Shown here: positions 26,361-37,513 of the stretch, piece by piece
How the letters are laid out: the number at the start of each line of letters is the position of its first letter
Numbering within the stretch: the stretch's first letter is position 1
NCBI RefSeq assembly: GCF_000737315.1
Contig: NZ_JMCB01000013.1
Coordinates: 20,001 to 268,000 of the forward strand
Length of the DNA: 248,000 nucleotides
Reading direction: 5' to 3'
Origin: Hyalangium minutum
Lineage (GTDB): Bacteria; Myxococcota; Myxococcia; Myxococcales; Myxococcaceae
Program-made: the position numbers and the translations under genes
The notes under the pieces: generated by a model
The model's database searches: none
Seen by the model: the letters and a program-made list of their open reading frames with translations, nothing else
Told to the model about the DNA's origin: nothing

Positions 26361-29300
26361 ATGTCCCGTCCCAGCCGCACCCTCCAGGTCTTCCCCGACG
26401 CATCCCGTCGCCAGCAAGTGCTGTGCGCCGCACGGGAAAAGCGCGGCCTCGTGCTGGCCGCGGGTTGGCTCACGTGGGACGAGCTCGTCAACGCCCTGGG
26501 TGGAGCAGCCGAGCTCCAGCGTCGCCCGTGTCCGGCCTCTACCTCGCGCGTCCTCATGGGCGCGCTGGCGCAGCAGCTGGGGGAGACGCCCTTCGGAGAC
26601 TTTGTCCACGAGCCCGCCTTCGCGCGCGCCGCGGTGGAGCTGGCGCTCGACATGAAGGCGGGCCGGCTCACCCCGCGTGAACTCCATGATGCCGCCGAGT
26701 CGCTCCCGCCCGACCGCAGGGCCCGGGTTCGCGTGCTGGCCCGGCTGTGCGAGTCCTACGAGCGACGCATGGCCGAGCTGGGGCTCGCGGACCGCGAGGA
26801 CGTGGTGCGCGGCTCGCGCGAGGCGCTCATTCGCAAGCAGTGGCCGGCGGGCTGGGAGGACGTGGGGTCCATCGTGCTGCACGGGGTGTACGACGTGCGG
26901 CCCGCGGCGCTGGAGATGCTCCTGGCGCTGTCCTCGCTGTGCGAGGCGCGGAAGATCTCGCTCCGGGTGGAGACGCCGGTGGGCGGCTCACTGGCGGCGG
27001 ACGCGGCGCTGGCGTCGCTGTTCCGCGCGTTCGAGAGCCGTGGCGAGACCGTGGGCCACGTGGACCTGTTCAAGGCGGATCTCACCTTCGAGGGCCGCCC
27101 GTTGTCCGAGCTGGGCCGCCACCTCTTCTCTCCAAAGGTGGCCCGAGGGGCATTGGCGGCCACGGCGGCCGGCAACCTGCGCATGTGGAGTGTGGGCACC
27201 GCGCAGGATGAGGCGCGGCAGCTCGCTCGGGACGTGCGGCGGCTCATCGGCGAGGGTGTCTCTCCGGGGCGCATCGCCGTGGCGTGGCGCGAGCTGGGCC
27301 CGGAGGCGCGGTGGTTGGCGGCGGCGCTCGAGGAGCTTGGTGTGCCGGTGCGCCTGCCGTGGGGCGAGCCGCTGGTGCTCACGAGCCCGGTCCGGTTGGC
27401 GGTGGAGCTGCCGCTGCTCGTGGAGGATGGCTTCCCAGCCACGCGTGTGGCGGAACTCGTGGCCAGCCGCTACGCGCCCACGCTCTCGCGAGGGGCTCCG
27501 GATGCGCCCGCTACGCTCTTTACGCTGGCGGCTGTCCGGGACGATCGGCTCGGAGCGCTGCGTGGGCGCGGTGCGTATGACGTGCGCCTGGAGGGCTTGG
27601 CCAAGCGCTTGAGGAAGGCCCAGGACCCGCAGGCCCACTCGGTGAGCGTGCTGCGCGAGCGGTGCCTGAGGTTGATGGAGCAGTGCCGCCGCATCCCCGA
27701 GGCAGGCACGGCGCTGGAGCTGCTCGGGGCGTGGTGGGGCGTGGTGCGGCAGCTCGGGCTCCAGGATACGGAGGGACCGCTGGCTCAGCGGGACGAGGGA
27801 ATGCTGGGCGCGCACGCGCTGGAGGCCCGGGCTCGGGACGATGCCGCGCGGCAGGCGCTGCGCCTCCGGATTGGCGAGCTGGAGCGCTCTCTGCGCCGGG
27901 TGGGCGGAGGCCCGAGGCTCTCGCGTCGCCTCTTCGGGCGGTGGCTGGCGGACGCAGTGAAGGACTTGCACCTGCCCGCGCGGGGCCCGTCTTCGGGGGC
28001 GGTGGAGGTGCTCGACATCCGCGACGTGCCAGGGCGGACGTTCGGCTACCTGTTCCTGGCGGGGATGACGGAGGGCCGCTTCCCGGGGCACGAGGAGCCG
28101 CACGCGTTGCTGGGAGATGCGGATCGGTCGGGGCTCAACCAATACCTGCGGCGCGAGGCCTTCCGGCTCACGGGCGGCGAGTTCGAGGAGCGCGCGCCGT
28201 GGCGGCTGACGGAGGATCGGCTGCTGTTCGCGAGTGCGCTGGTAGCGGCCGAGCAGCGGGTGAGCCTGTCCTATTCGGTGGCGGGGGCGGGTGGGCAGGA
28301 GCAGGTGCCCTCATCGTTCCTGGAGGAAGTGCGGCGGCTGACGGGGATGACGTGGGAGGCGCGGGCGCTGATGGCGGTGCCTCCGCTGGACGACGTGCTG
28401 ACGGAGCCGGAGCTGCGGCAGCGGGTGGCGCTGGAGACGATGGCGCCGGCGCAGCTGCGCGTCACGGAGCCGGACGTGGCAGGCAAGCTGCTCAAGCGGC
28501 GCTTCGAGACGGAGGAGTGGTTCTTGGCGGCCCGGGAGCTGGCGCGGGTGGAGTACCAGCGGCTGCACTTCTTCAGCAATCCCACGAGCGAGGTGGGCCC
28601 CTACACGGGCGCGGTGGACGGCCCGGGGGTTCGCGAGGCGCTGCGGGAGACGTTCCGCTTTGACATTAAGAAGCCGCTGTCGGCGTCGGCGCTGGCGCGG
28701 TTTGGCAACTGTGGCTTCCAGGGCTTCCTGGCGTACGGGCTGAGGGTGGAGGAGCCGGAGGCGCCGGGCGAGGAGTTCGACGCGCGAGGCCGGGGCACGT
28801 TCTGGCACCGGGTGGTGGAGGAGGTGTTCATCCGGCTGAAGCAGAAGGGGCTGCTGGGTAAGGGGCTGCCAGAGATTCCGGACGAGGTGCTCACCGAGGC
28901 GTTGAACGAGGCGGTGGCCTACTTCGAGGAGCGCTACCACGTGGGGCACCCGGCGCTGTGGAAGCTGGCGAAGGAGCGGGCCCGGGCGATGGTGCGGCGG
29001 ATCCTCGCGCACGAGCGGCGCGGCCTCCCGTTCGATCGCTACGAGCCGGAGGGCTTCGAGCTGACGTTCGGGCCGGAAGCGGACCCGGGCCCGTGGCAGA
29101 ACGTGTTCCTGTACGCGGGCGACGAGGCCATCTACTTCGAGGGGAAGATCGACCGGCTGGACAAGGCCGCGGGGGACGTGGGGGTCATCGACTACAAGTC
29201 CGGGCGGCTGGACCGGAACACGTTGCGGGAGAAGCTGCTCTCGTCGGACTTCCAGCTGCCGCTGTACCTGTTCGCGGCGAGGGCGAGCGGGCACAAGGAG

Positions 29301-29579
29301 GCGCGCAAGGCGGCATGGTTCTCGTTGCGCACGGGCGAGGTGCTGGACTTGTCCAAGGTGCTTTCGGACGAGGAAGTGGACGGCATGCTGTCCACGGATC
29401 CGGAGGTGCGGGCGAAGCTGGCGGAGGAGGGCAAGCCGAATCTGGCCAACGCAGTGGAGGGCCTGGTGAAGAACACGCGTGAGGGCAAGTTCGGCATGCG
29501 TCCGAAGGACTGTGGCCGGTGCGGCTATCGCGCGGCGTGCCGGATTACAGAGCGGCGGGTGGTGGAGGAGAGTGCATGA
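26361..29579 (+). CDS. addB: AddB-like subunit with PD-(D/E)XK nuclease
   Basis: GKIDRLD...VIDYKSG; Fe-S Cys FGNC and CGRCGYRAAC; coupled to helicase gene. Confidence 0.82.
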   Translation: MSRPSRTLQVFPDASRRQQVLCAAREKRGLVLAAGWLTWDELVNALGGAAELQRRPCPASTSRVLMGALAQQLGETPFGDFVHEPAFARAAVELALDMKAGRLTPRELHDAAESLPPDRRARVRVLARLCESYERRMAELGLADREDVVRGSREALIRKQWPAGWEDVGSIVLHGVYDVRPAALEMLLALSSLCEARKISLRVETPVGGSLAADAALASLFRAFESRGETVGHVDLFKADLTFEGRPLSELGRHLFSPKVARGALAATAAGNLRMWSVGTAQDEARQLARDVRRLIGEGVSPGRIAVAWRELGPEARWLAAALEELGVPVRLPWGEPLVLTSPVRLAVELPLLVEDGFPATRVAELVASRYAPTLSRGAPDAPATLFTLAAVRDDRLGALRGRGAYDVRLEGLAKRLRKAQDPQAHSVSVLRERCLRLMEQCRRIPEAGTALELLGAWWGVVRQLGLQDTEGPLAQRDEGMLGAHALEARARDDAARQALRLRIGELERSLRRVGGGPRLSRRLFGRWLADAVKDLHLPARGPSSGAVEVLDIRDVPGRTFGYLFLAGMTEGRFPGHEEPHALLGDADRSGLNQYLRREAFRLTGGEFEERAPWRLTEDRLLFASALVAAEQRVSLSYSVAGAGGQEQVPSSFLEEVRRLTGMTWEARALMAVPPLDDVLTEPELRQRVALETMAPAQLRVTEPDVAGKLLKRRFETEEWFLAARELARVEYQRLHFFSNPTSEVGPYTGAVDGPGVREALRETFRFDIKKPLSASALARFGNCGFQGFLAYGLRVEEPEAPGEEFDARGRGTFWHRVVEEVFIRLKQKGLLGKGLPEIPDEVLTEALNEAVAYFEERYHVGHPALWKLAKERARAMVRRILAHERRGLPFDRYEPEGFELTFGPEADPGPWQNVFLYAGDEAIYFEGKIDRLDKAAGDVGVIDYKSGRLDRNTLREKLLSSDFQLPLYLFAARASGHKEARKAAWFSLRTGEVLDLSKVLSDEEVDGMLSTDPEVRAKLAEEGKPNLANAVEGLVKNTREGKFGMRPKDCGRCGYRAACRITERRVVEESA

Positions 29580-32500
29580 GCGCGGTGTCGCCCCTGGCGC
29601 TGGAGCGCAACCTGGCGCTCATGGCGGGCGCCGGCGCGGGCAAGACGTACAGCTTGGTGACGATGGTGCTGCACCTGTTCGCGGGAGCGCGCGAGGGGCT
29701 CGCTCCGCTCAAGCCGTCGCGGCTGTGCATGCTGACGTTCACGGACAAGGCCGCGGCGGAGATGCGGGCCCGGACGCGCACCCGCTTGGACGCGCTGGCG
29801 CAGGGGGAAGCCGAGGAGCCGGAGCTGCGCGCCTCGCTGGAGCGGCTGGGGCGGCCATTTCCCTCGCAGGACTCGTGGCGGGCGCTGCGGGAGGAGCTCG
29901 GGGCTGCGACGGTGGGCACGTTCCATTCGCTCTGCGGACAGCTGCTGCGCCGGGCGCCTCCGGGGTTGGGGATTGATCCGGCCTTCGAGGTGCTGGATGA
30001 GCTGGAGGCGCTCGGCCTGGTGCAGGACGTGTGCGAGCGCGTGGTGCTGGACGGCCTGGAGTCGGGGGACCTCCGCGTCACGGAGCTGTGCCAGGAGCTG
30101 ACGTTCTCCGGCTCAGGGTTCTCGGACGGACTGGTGGCGTCACTGCGGCAGGTCTACGGCAAGCTGCGCGAGGAAGGATTGCGCGCGGCCACTGCGGCGC
30201 TGTCGAGCCCGGAGGAGGCCCGCGCGGAGCTGGTAACGCTCATCCAGGAGGGACTCAAGCACTGCCAGGAGGCGCGGGAGCTGGACGCGAAGGGCGAGTG
30301 GGGTCGGTTGATCTCCGCGTGCGAGCGAGCGCTCCAGCCGATGACGCCGGAGAACTTGGGCGAGCCAGACCGGCTGCCCTCGCTGAAGGCGGCGTTCATC
30401 GCGGATGGCCGGAACTTCGCGAGGCTGAGCAAGGGCGCGGCGGGCCCCATCCGCTCGCTGTACTGGCTGACCCGCGGCAAGAGCGACGGCTCGGTGATGC
30501 GGCTGGAGGATGCGTACGCCGCGTGGCGGACGGCGCCCTTCGAGGCCACCTTCCGGGACTTGCTCGGCAAGGTGGAGGTCCGCCACGAGGGCGAGTTCAT
30601 CCGCCGCAACGTCTTCGACTTCACGGCGCTGCTGGTGAAGGCGCGGGACTTGCTGAGAGACCACCCGAGCTTCCGCCGTCAGGTGCAGGAGCGCATGGGC
30701 GCGCTGCTGGTGGACGAGTTCCAGGACACGAACCGCCTGCAGCTGGAGCTGGTGCTGTTGCTCTCGGAGCTGCGAGAGGGAGGCCCTCGGCCGGTGCGTC
30801 CGGACGAGGATCTGCGCGCCAGGCTCCCATTGGAGCCTGCGTTCCTGTGCGCGGTGGGAGATCGCAAGCAGTCCATCTACGAGTTCCGTGGCGCGGACGT
30901 CTCGGTGTTCACACTGCTGGCGGACAAGATCGTCTCCGAGGGAGGTGTGAGGGATTTCCTCCGGTTCAACCGCCGCTCGGTGCCAGCGCTGCTGGACTTC
31001 TTCAACCGGACGTTCGCGGGGGTACTGGTGGCGAGCGATCCGCCGCGGCCCTACGAGGTGGTGTACGTGCCGGAGGAGGACGATCTCTCCCCGGTCCGCC
31101 GCGAGCTGGCCGAGGCGCCTGCGGTGGAGCGGTTGGTGCTCGGGGAGGCGGAGTCCTCGGCGGACGCACGTAATAAGGATGCGGAGGCCGTGGCGAGGCG
31201 CCTCCGGGTGATGTTGGCACCGGGTGCGGATCCTTGCGTGACGGACGAGGATGGCCAGCGTCTGCGGCCCGCTCGAGGCGGCGAGGTGGCCATCCTCCTG
31301 AGGACCTTCACGCACCTGGAGGTGTACCGGCAGGCGCTGATCCGGCACGGCGTGCCGCACAGGGTGCTGCGGGGCCGGGGCTTCTACGGTGCGCAGGAGG
31401 TGTTGGATCTGGCCTCCTTGCTGGCGCTGCTGGCGGACTCGGAGGACACGTTGGCGCTGACGGCGGTGCTGCGTTCTCCGCTGGTGGGGCTGTCGGACGC
31501 GTCGCTGTTCCGGCTCTCGGGCCCGAACGGACTCACGCTGGCGGAGATCCAGAAGAAGGACCTGGACACGTGCGAGCTCCCGCCTCGCGAGCGCCTGAGG
31601 CTGGAGCGATTTCTGGCGGCACTGCCCTCGTTGAGGCGCGAGCGGGATCGGCTCGGAGTGCGCGCGCTGCTTCAGGTCGCGCTGGAAGTCACGGGCTACC
31701 GGGAGGCGATGGCGGGCTCACCGTACGCGGAGCAGGCCAGCGCCAACATCGACAAGCTGCTGGCGCTCGCGGCCCGTCGCGACGAGCGAGGCACGGGAGG
31801 GTGCACGGCGTTCGCGAGGGAGCTGCGGATGCTCGCGGACGCGGACCCCACCGAGGCGCAGGCGGACCTGCTGGACGCGGGAGATCCCCGTGCGGTGCAG
31901 ATCCTCACGATCCACCGGGCGAAGGGGCTCGAGTGGCCGGTGGTGGTGGTGCCCGCGCTCGGGGGCAAGCGGCGCAACACGAGCGCGCGGGCGCACTTCG
32001 AGCGCACGCACGGGCTGGTGCTGCGCCCCTGGTTGCCGGACACGCTGGAGGACTTCCGCTCCCGGCGCTTCGACCGGGTGAGAGAGGAGCTCAAGTCCCG
32101 CGAGTTCGCCGAGTACCGGCGGCTCCTCTACGTAGCGCTCACGCGAGCCCGGGACATGCTGATCCTCTCGGGCTCGGCGGAGCGCGGCGCTTCGGACTCC
32201 TGGTGGCACATGATGGAGGCGCGCTTGGACGCGGACGCGGGCCTCCGGCGCCGGGTGCTGGACGTGGAGGTGGACTCACTTCCACCACCCGCCGACCCCT
32301 TGCCGCCGAGTGCAGAGGAACTCGCGGAAGCAGAGGCCCGGGTGGAGGCGGCCCTGGAGCGCGTCCGAGGCGGTGTCTCCCTGCCCGAGCCCGAAGAAGC
32401 CATCGTCTCGGCGGCGCAGCTCCAGGACTTCATGGCGTGCCCGAGGCGCTACCGCTACGTGCACCAGCTGGGAATGAGCGGGCCGCGGCCGTGGGAGCTG

Positions 32501-33214
32501 CCGGCGAGGACGGTGCCGCCATGGGTGGAGCTCGAGCCCTGGCTGGAGACGCGGGGCCCGGCGCAGCTGGTGCCGTTGCTGCTGCGGGACGTGGATCTTC
32601 AGATGGCGGAGGCCCCTGTCTCGGAGCGGCGCCCTCACTTGGAGAAGCTGCTGCGGTACATGGGGCGGCAGCCGGACGAGGAGGGGATGGACGAGGTGCT
32701 GGGGATGGTGGATCGCTTCCTCGGGACGGAACTGGCGCGGAAGCTGGCCGCGAGCCCGTCAGCGAGCATTCATCGGGAACTCTCCTACCTGCTGGATCTG
32801 CCTTCGGCGTCCGCGAGGGGCCGGACGGCCGTGAGCGGGACCTTGGATCTGTTGTGGGAGACGCCGGAGGGGGAGGCGTGGGTGTTGGCGTGGCGCCCAT
32901 CGAAGCGTCATCCGCTGGGCGTCTCGGCCTTCGCGAACGAGCTGATGGCCCAGGGGCTCGCGGCGAAGCGCCTGGTGCGCGAGGGTGTGGCGGTGCGGGT
33001 AGGGGTGGTGTTCTTGGGGGAACCCACGCTGGCGGCGGAATTCCTGACGTTGCCGGGAGGCTGGGAGGAGCGGGCGGGGCGGCTGGCGGAGGCGGTGCGG
33101 GCCCTGGTCCGAGGGGAACTCCGCAGGGAGTGGCCGGGGCGGGAGCGGGAGACCTGCCAAGCACTGCATTGTGGCTTCGCGGAACACTGTCACGGCGCCC
33201 CAGGGGCGTGCTAA
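29576..33214 (+). CDS. addA: AddA-like UvrD helicase
   Basis: AGAGAGKT, LVDEFQDTN, VGDRKQSIYEFRGA, LYVALTRA. Confidence 0.85.
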   Translation: MSAVSPLALERNLALMAGAGAGKTYSLVTMVLHLFAGAREGLAPLKPSRLCMLTFTDKAAAEMRARTRTRLDALAQGEAEEPELRASLERLGRPFPSQDSWRALREELGAATVGTFHSLCGQLLRRAPPGLGIDPAFEVLDELEALGLVQDVCERVVLDGLESGDLRVTELCQELTFSGSGFSDGLVASLRQVYGKLREEGLRAATAALSSPEEARAELVTLIQEGLKHCQEARELDAKGEWGRLISACERALQPMTPENLGEPDRLPSLKAAFIADGRNFARLSKGAAGPIRSLYWLTRGKSDGSVMRLEDAYAAWRTAPFEATFRDLLGKVEVRHEGEFIRRNVFDFTALLVKARDLLRDHPSFRRQVQERMGALLVDEFQDTNRLQLELVLLLSELREGGPRPVRPDEDLRARLPLEPAFLCAVGDRKQSIYEFRGADVSVFTLLADKIVSEGGVRDFLRFNRRSVPALLDFFNRTFAGVLVASDPPRPYEVVYVPEEDDLSPVRRELAEAPAVERLVLGEAESSADARNKDAEAVARRLRVMLAPGADPCVTDEDGQRLRPARGGEVAILLRTFTHLEVYRQALIRHGVPHRVLRGRGFYGAQEVLDLASLLALLADSEDTLALTAVLRSPLVGLSDASLFRLSGPNGLTLAEIQKKDLDTCELPPRERLRLERFLAALPSLRRERDRLGVRALLQVALEVTGYREAMAGSPYAEQASANIDKLLALAARRDERGTGGCTAFARELRMLADADPTEAQADLLDAGDPRAVQILTIHRAKGLEWPVVVVPALGGKRRNTSARAHFERTHGLVLRPWLPDTLEDFRSRRFDRVREELKSREFAEYRRLLYVALTRARDMLILSGSAERGASDSWWHMMEARLDADAGLRRRVLDVEVDSLPPPADPLPPSAEELAEAEARVEAALERVRGGVSLPEPEEAIVSAAQLQDFMACPRRYRYVHQLGMSGPRPWELPARTVPPWVELEPWLETRGPAQLVPLLLRDVDLQMAEAPVSERRPHLEKLLRYMGRQPDEEGMDEVLGMVDRFLGTELARKLAASPSASIHRELSYLLDLPSASARGRTAVSGTLDLLWETPEGEAWVLAWRPSKRHPLGVSAFANELMAQGLAAKRLVREGVAVRVGVVFLGEPTLAAEFLTLPGGWEERAGRLAEAVRALVRGELRREWPGRERETCQALHCGFAEHCHGAPGAC

Positions 33215-34537
<1,323 letters not shown>

Positions 34538-34555
34538 CACAGCCAGGAGTTACCC

Positions 34556-35929
34556 ATGATGGCCCGTTGCCTCGTCATCGGTCTCACGGTCGCGCTCCTG
34601 GGCGCGGCACAACCGTCGGCTCCGGCCGAGGCGGCCTTCCTGAAGGGGGAGAAGGCGCTCGCGGCGAACAAGCTGGACGATGCAGCGGCGGCCTACCGCA
34701 AGGCGTTGGATGCGACGCCCAACTGGGCACCGGCGATCAACGGCCTGGGCAGCGTGCTCTTCAAGAAGGGCCAGTCGGTGGAGGCCATCGCGCTCTTCAA
34801 GTCCGCGACCGAGGCGGATCCGGACTTCAAGCTGGCGTGGTTCAACCTGGGCTACGCGGCGCGCAAGTCCGGGGACTTCGCCACGGCGGCGCGGGCCTAC
34901 GAGCGCTACACGCAGCTGGATTCGAATGATCCGGATGGCTTCTACGGGCTGGGGGAGAGCTACCGTCAACTGGGCGAGCCCGCCAAGGCGATCACCGCCT
35001 ACGAGACCTATGTCTCGCGCGAGAAGCGCCCCAGCGAGCAGAAGTGGGTGGAGAAGGCGCGCGAGCAGGTAACGGCCCTGCGCGCCCAGACCGCGGCCCC
35101 TGCTGCGGCTCCTCCTGCGGCTCCGGCCCCTGCTGTGGCGGTGGTGGCCACTCCGGCGCCCGCGGCCTCCCCTGCGGCGGGCCCGGCCGTTGCTCCCGCC
35201 CCCCTCATCCCAGCCAGTCAGCTGAACCGGAACCTCTCCATCACCCGGGCGCGTGATGGCGATGCGCTGATGAAGGAGCGCCGGTACCGCGAAGCGACCT
35301 TTGCCTACTTGGACGCGGTGCACGCGGATCCGTTCAACACGGAGGCGCTCTTCAAACTGGGGAACGCACTGGCGGTGCTGGGCTACTACGCTCAAGCCGT
35401 GGAGTACTGGAGCCGTGCGGCGGGCTCCACCCAGGACGCGGCCATCCGCCAGAGCGCGCTGGACAACGTGGCCAAGGCGCAGGGGCGAATCGCGCAGCAG
35501 GGGGGCTCTCCGCAGGCACAGGGCGTGGCTCCCGGCTTCGGGCCGCTGGCGGACACGACGCGCACCCAGGCGCGCGGGGCCTACGAGCAGGGAGTTCAGC
35601 GCATCCAGGCGCGGGACTATGCGGGAGCGCTGCAGAGCCTCACGCAGGCCATCCAGTTGGAGCCGACGCTGGCGGTGGCCTTCATCGCGCGTGGGAGTGC
35701 CTACATTGGCCTGCGCCGGTACGCAGAGGCGGCGGTGGACTACGAGTACGCACTTCGTCTGGCACCGGACATGGCCTCACCGCTGTATGGGCTGGGGGAG
35801 AGCTACCGGATGCTCGGGCGGAGCGCGGAGGCGCGCGCCAGCTACGAGCGTTATGCCACCTCGACGGCCAAAGACGTGCGGCCCGAACTCCAGGCCGAGG
35901 CACGGCAGAACGCCGAGCGCCTGCGCTGA
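34556..35929 (+). CDS. TPR repeat protein (exported)
   Basis: Multiple TPRs, Ala/Pro linker, signal peptide. Confidence 0.85.
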   Translation: MMARCLVIGLTVALLGAAQPSAPAEAAFLKGEKALAANKLDDAAAAYRKALDATPNWAPAINGLGSVLFKKGQSVEAIALFKSATEADPDFKLAWFNLGYAARKSGDFATAARAYERYTQLDSNDPDGFYGLGESYRQLGEPAKAITAYETYVSREKRPSEQKWVEKAREQVTALRAQTAAPAAAPPAAPAPAVAVVATPAPAASPAAGPAVAPAPLIPASQLNRNLSITRARDGDALMKERRYREATFAYLDAVHADPFNTEALFKLGNALAVLGYYAQAVEYWSRAAGSTQDAAIRQSALDNVAKAQGRIAQQGGSPQAQGVAPGFGPLADTTRTQARGAYEQGVQRIQARDYAGALQSLTQAIQLEPTLAVAFIARGSAYIGLRRYAEAAVDYEYALRLAPDMASPLYGLGESYRMLGRSAEARASYERYATSTAKDVRPELQAEARQNAERLR

Positions 35930-35994
35930 ATATGCAGACGTTATCCGCTGAGGGATGGGTGGCGGATGTCACACCCGTGCCTTAGCTTGTCTGC

Positions 35995-36423
35995 ATGGAC
36001 GGGCGTAATTCCGAAGCTGCGGGCCGGCAGGTGTTTCGTCCTCGGCGTGTGCTCGCGGCGCTGATGGCGGCTGCGGGGCTGCTGTGGGTGATGGTGTTGG
36101 TGTACCTGCTGAGCTTCGAGGGCGTCCCGCTCAAGACATTTCTGGCGGTGATCTTCTTCGTCGTCTTCTTCGGTGTGTCGGTGATGTACTACGCCCGGAC
36201 GCGGATCGTGGTGGACGCGGGAGGCATCACCTACCGGGGCATGGTGCGCACGAAGCGCTTCTCCTTCAAGGAGATCCGCAAGGTGGACGTGCTGCCGGGT
36301 CCAGTCACGGTGTACGCCATCCGGGACACGGGTGGTGGCCTGGTGCACTTCACGAGCTTCTTCACGCACCACCAGCGGCTCGCGGCGCTGCTCGTGGAGC
36401 GAGCGGGTCTCAGGCCGGTCTGA
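35995..36423 (+). CDS. Membrane protein with bacterial PH-like domain
   Basis: Two TM helices followed by a short beta domain. Confidence 0.6.
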   Translation: MDGRNSEAAGRQVFRPRRVLAALMAAAGLLWVMVLVYLLSFEGVPLKTFLAVIFFVVFFGVSVMYYARTRIVVDAGGITYRGMVRTKRFSFKEIRKVDVLPGPVTVYAIRDTGGGLVHFTSFFTHHQRLAALLVERAGLRPV

Positions 36424-36440
36424 CCCGAGGCCCATAGGCT

Positions 36441-37286
36441 TCACCCTACCAGCGCATACGTCACGAGCACTCCAGCCACGGCTGACGCCACGCCCAGGCC
36501 GATGAGCCACCACTCGGTCAGTGACGGCTGATGGGCGGTCTCAGCCATGGGCGGTGGGGACATGTCTGAAAGCTCGGCGGGCAGCGGAGCGGGCTCAGAG
36601 TCTGCAGAGGGCTCGGAGGCTGGAGGCGGCTCTTCCACGGCGGCCTGGAAGCGCAGGAGCGTCTTCCCCATCTCAATGACGTCCCCATCCGAGAGCAGCT
36701 CGGATCCCTGTACACGGCGGCCGTTGAGGTACACGCCATTGGGACTGTTCAGGGCCACGAGGGTGAACTGAGCGCCCTGACGTAAGACGCGGCCATGAGA
36801 GCGCGAGACGGTTCGGTCTCTCAAGCGGAAGGTCATCTGGGCTCCGCGGCCGATGTCGGTCTTCTCTTCGGCCAAAGGAAAGGTGCGGCCCACATCCAGG
36901 CCCGTGAGGCAGGTGAGGGTGGCGGCGCGAGAGCGGACCAGGCCATCACCATCGGTGAGCAGGTGCTTGAGCACGGCCACAGTGCCCATTCCCCGAGAGC
37001 CTCCTTTCGAGGAGTCGAGGATCTTCAGGCGCATGTCCTCGGGCAACCCCACCACTTCGCCGGGGAGCACCAGCCGAGGCACTCCCGGCGGAACGAGCAC
37101 GCCATTCACGGTGAAGGTCTGCGAGGTCCCCACTGTCAGGCGAGAGCCCTCAATGGTCAGCTTGAGGAAGCTGGGAGGCAGTGCCTCCAGCCGGACATGG
37201 TCGTTGGGGCCTCCTCCCAGCAGGTGCTGGCCGTCGGTCAGCTCGAACGGAGTGGCCGTTCCCAAGTGCTCGAATTCGAAGTGCAT
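36441..37286 (-). CDS. FHA domain membrane protein
   Basis: DIGRG, VSRSHG, SPNGVYLNG; C-terminal TM. Confidence 0.85.
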   Translation of the reverse strand: MHFEFEHLGTATPFELTDGQHLLGGGPNDHVRLEALPPSFLKLTIEGSRLTVGTSQTFTVNGVLVPPGVPRLVLPGEVVGLPEDMRLKILDSSKGGSRGMGTVAVLKHLLTDGDGLVRSRAATLTCLTGLDVGRTFPLAEEKTDIGRGAQMTFRLRDRTVSRSHGRVLRQGAQFTLVALNSPNGVYLNGRRVQGSELLSDGDVIEMGKTLLRFQAAVEEPPPASEPSADSEPAPLPAELSDMSPPPMAETAHQPSLTEWWLIGLGVASAVAGVLVTYALVG

Positions 37287-37421
37287 GCGTCGGGACTGAG
37301 CAACCTTGATGCCAACCCAGGTCCGCTCGTAAACGCCCCCACCGACCGTCCATGGCCGTGGACGGACCGTCTCCGTCGCGAGACGCTTCACCCCCAGTCT
37401 CCCCTCGCACTCCAGCCCAAG

Positions 37422-37440
37422 TGGTCTGCTTGTCAGACCA
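37422..37440. promoter_or_regulatory. FadR/GntR-type operator TGGTCTGCTTGTCAGACCA
   Basis: Inverted arms; recurs at 181247, 181318 and 199086. Confidence 0.55.
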
Positions 37441-37513
37441 GTTTGCGGGCAGCACGGCCAGCCCCGGGGTTTTCTGCACCCACCGAGGCCACTCCGTTAG
37501 GATTCCGGCGCCG

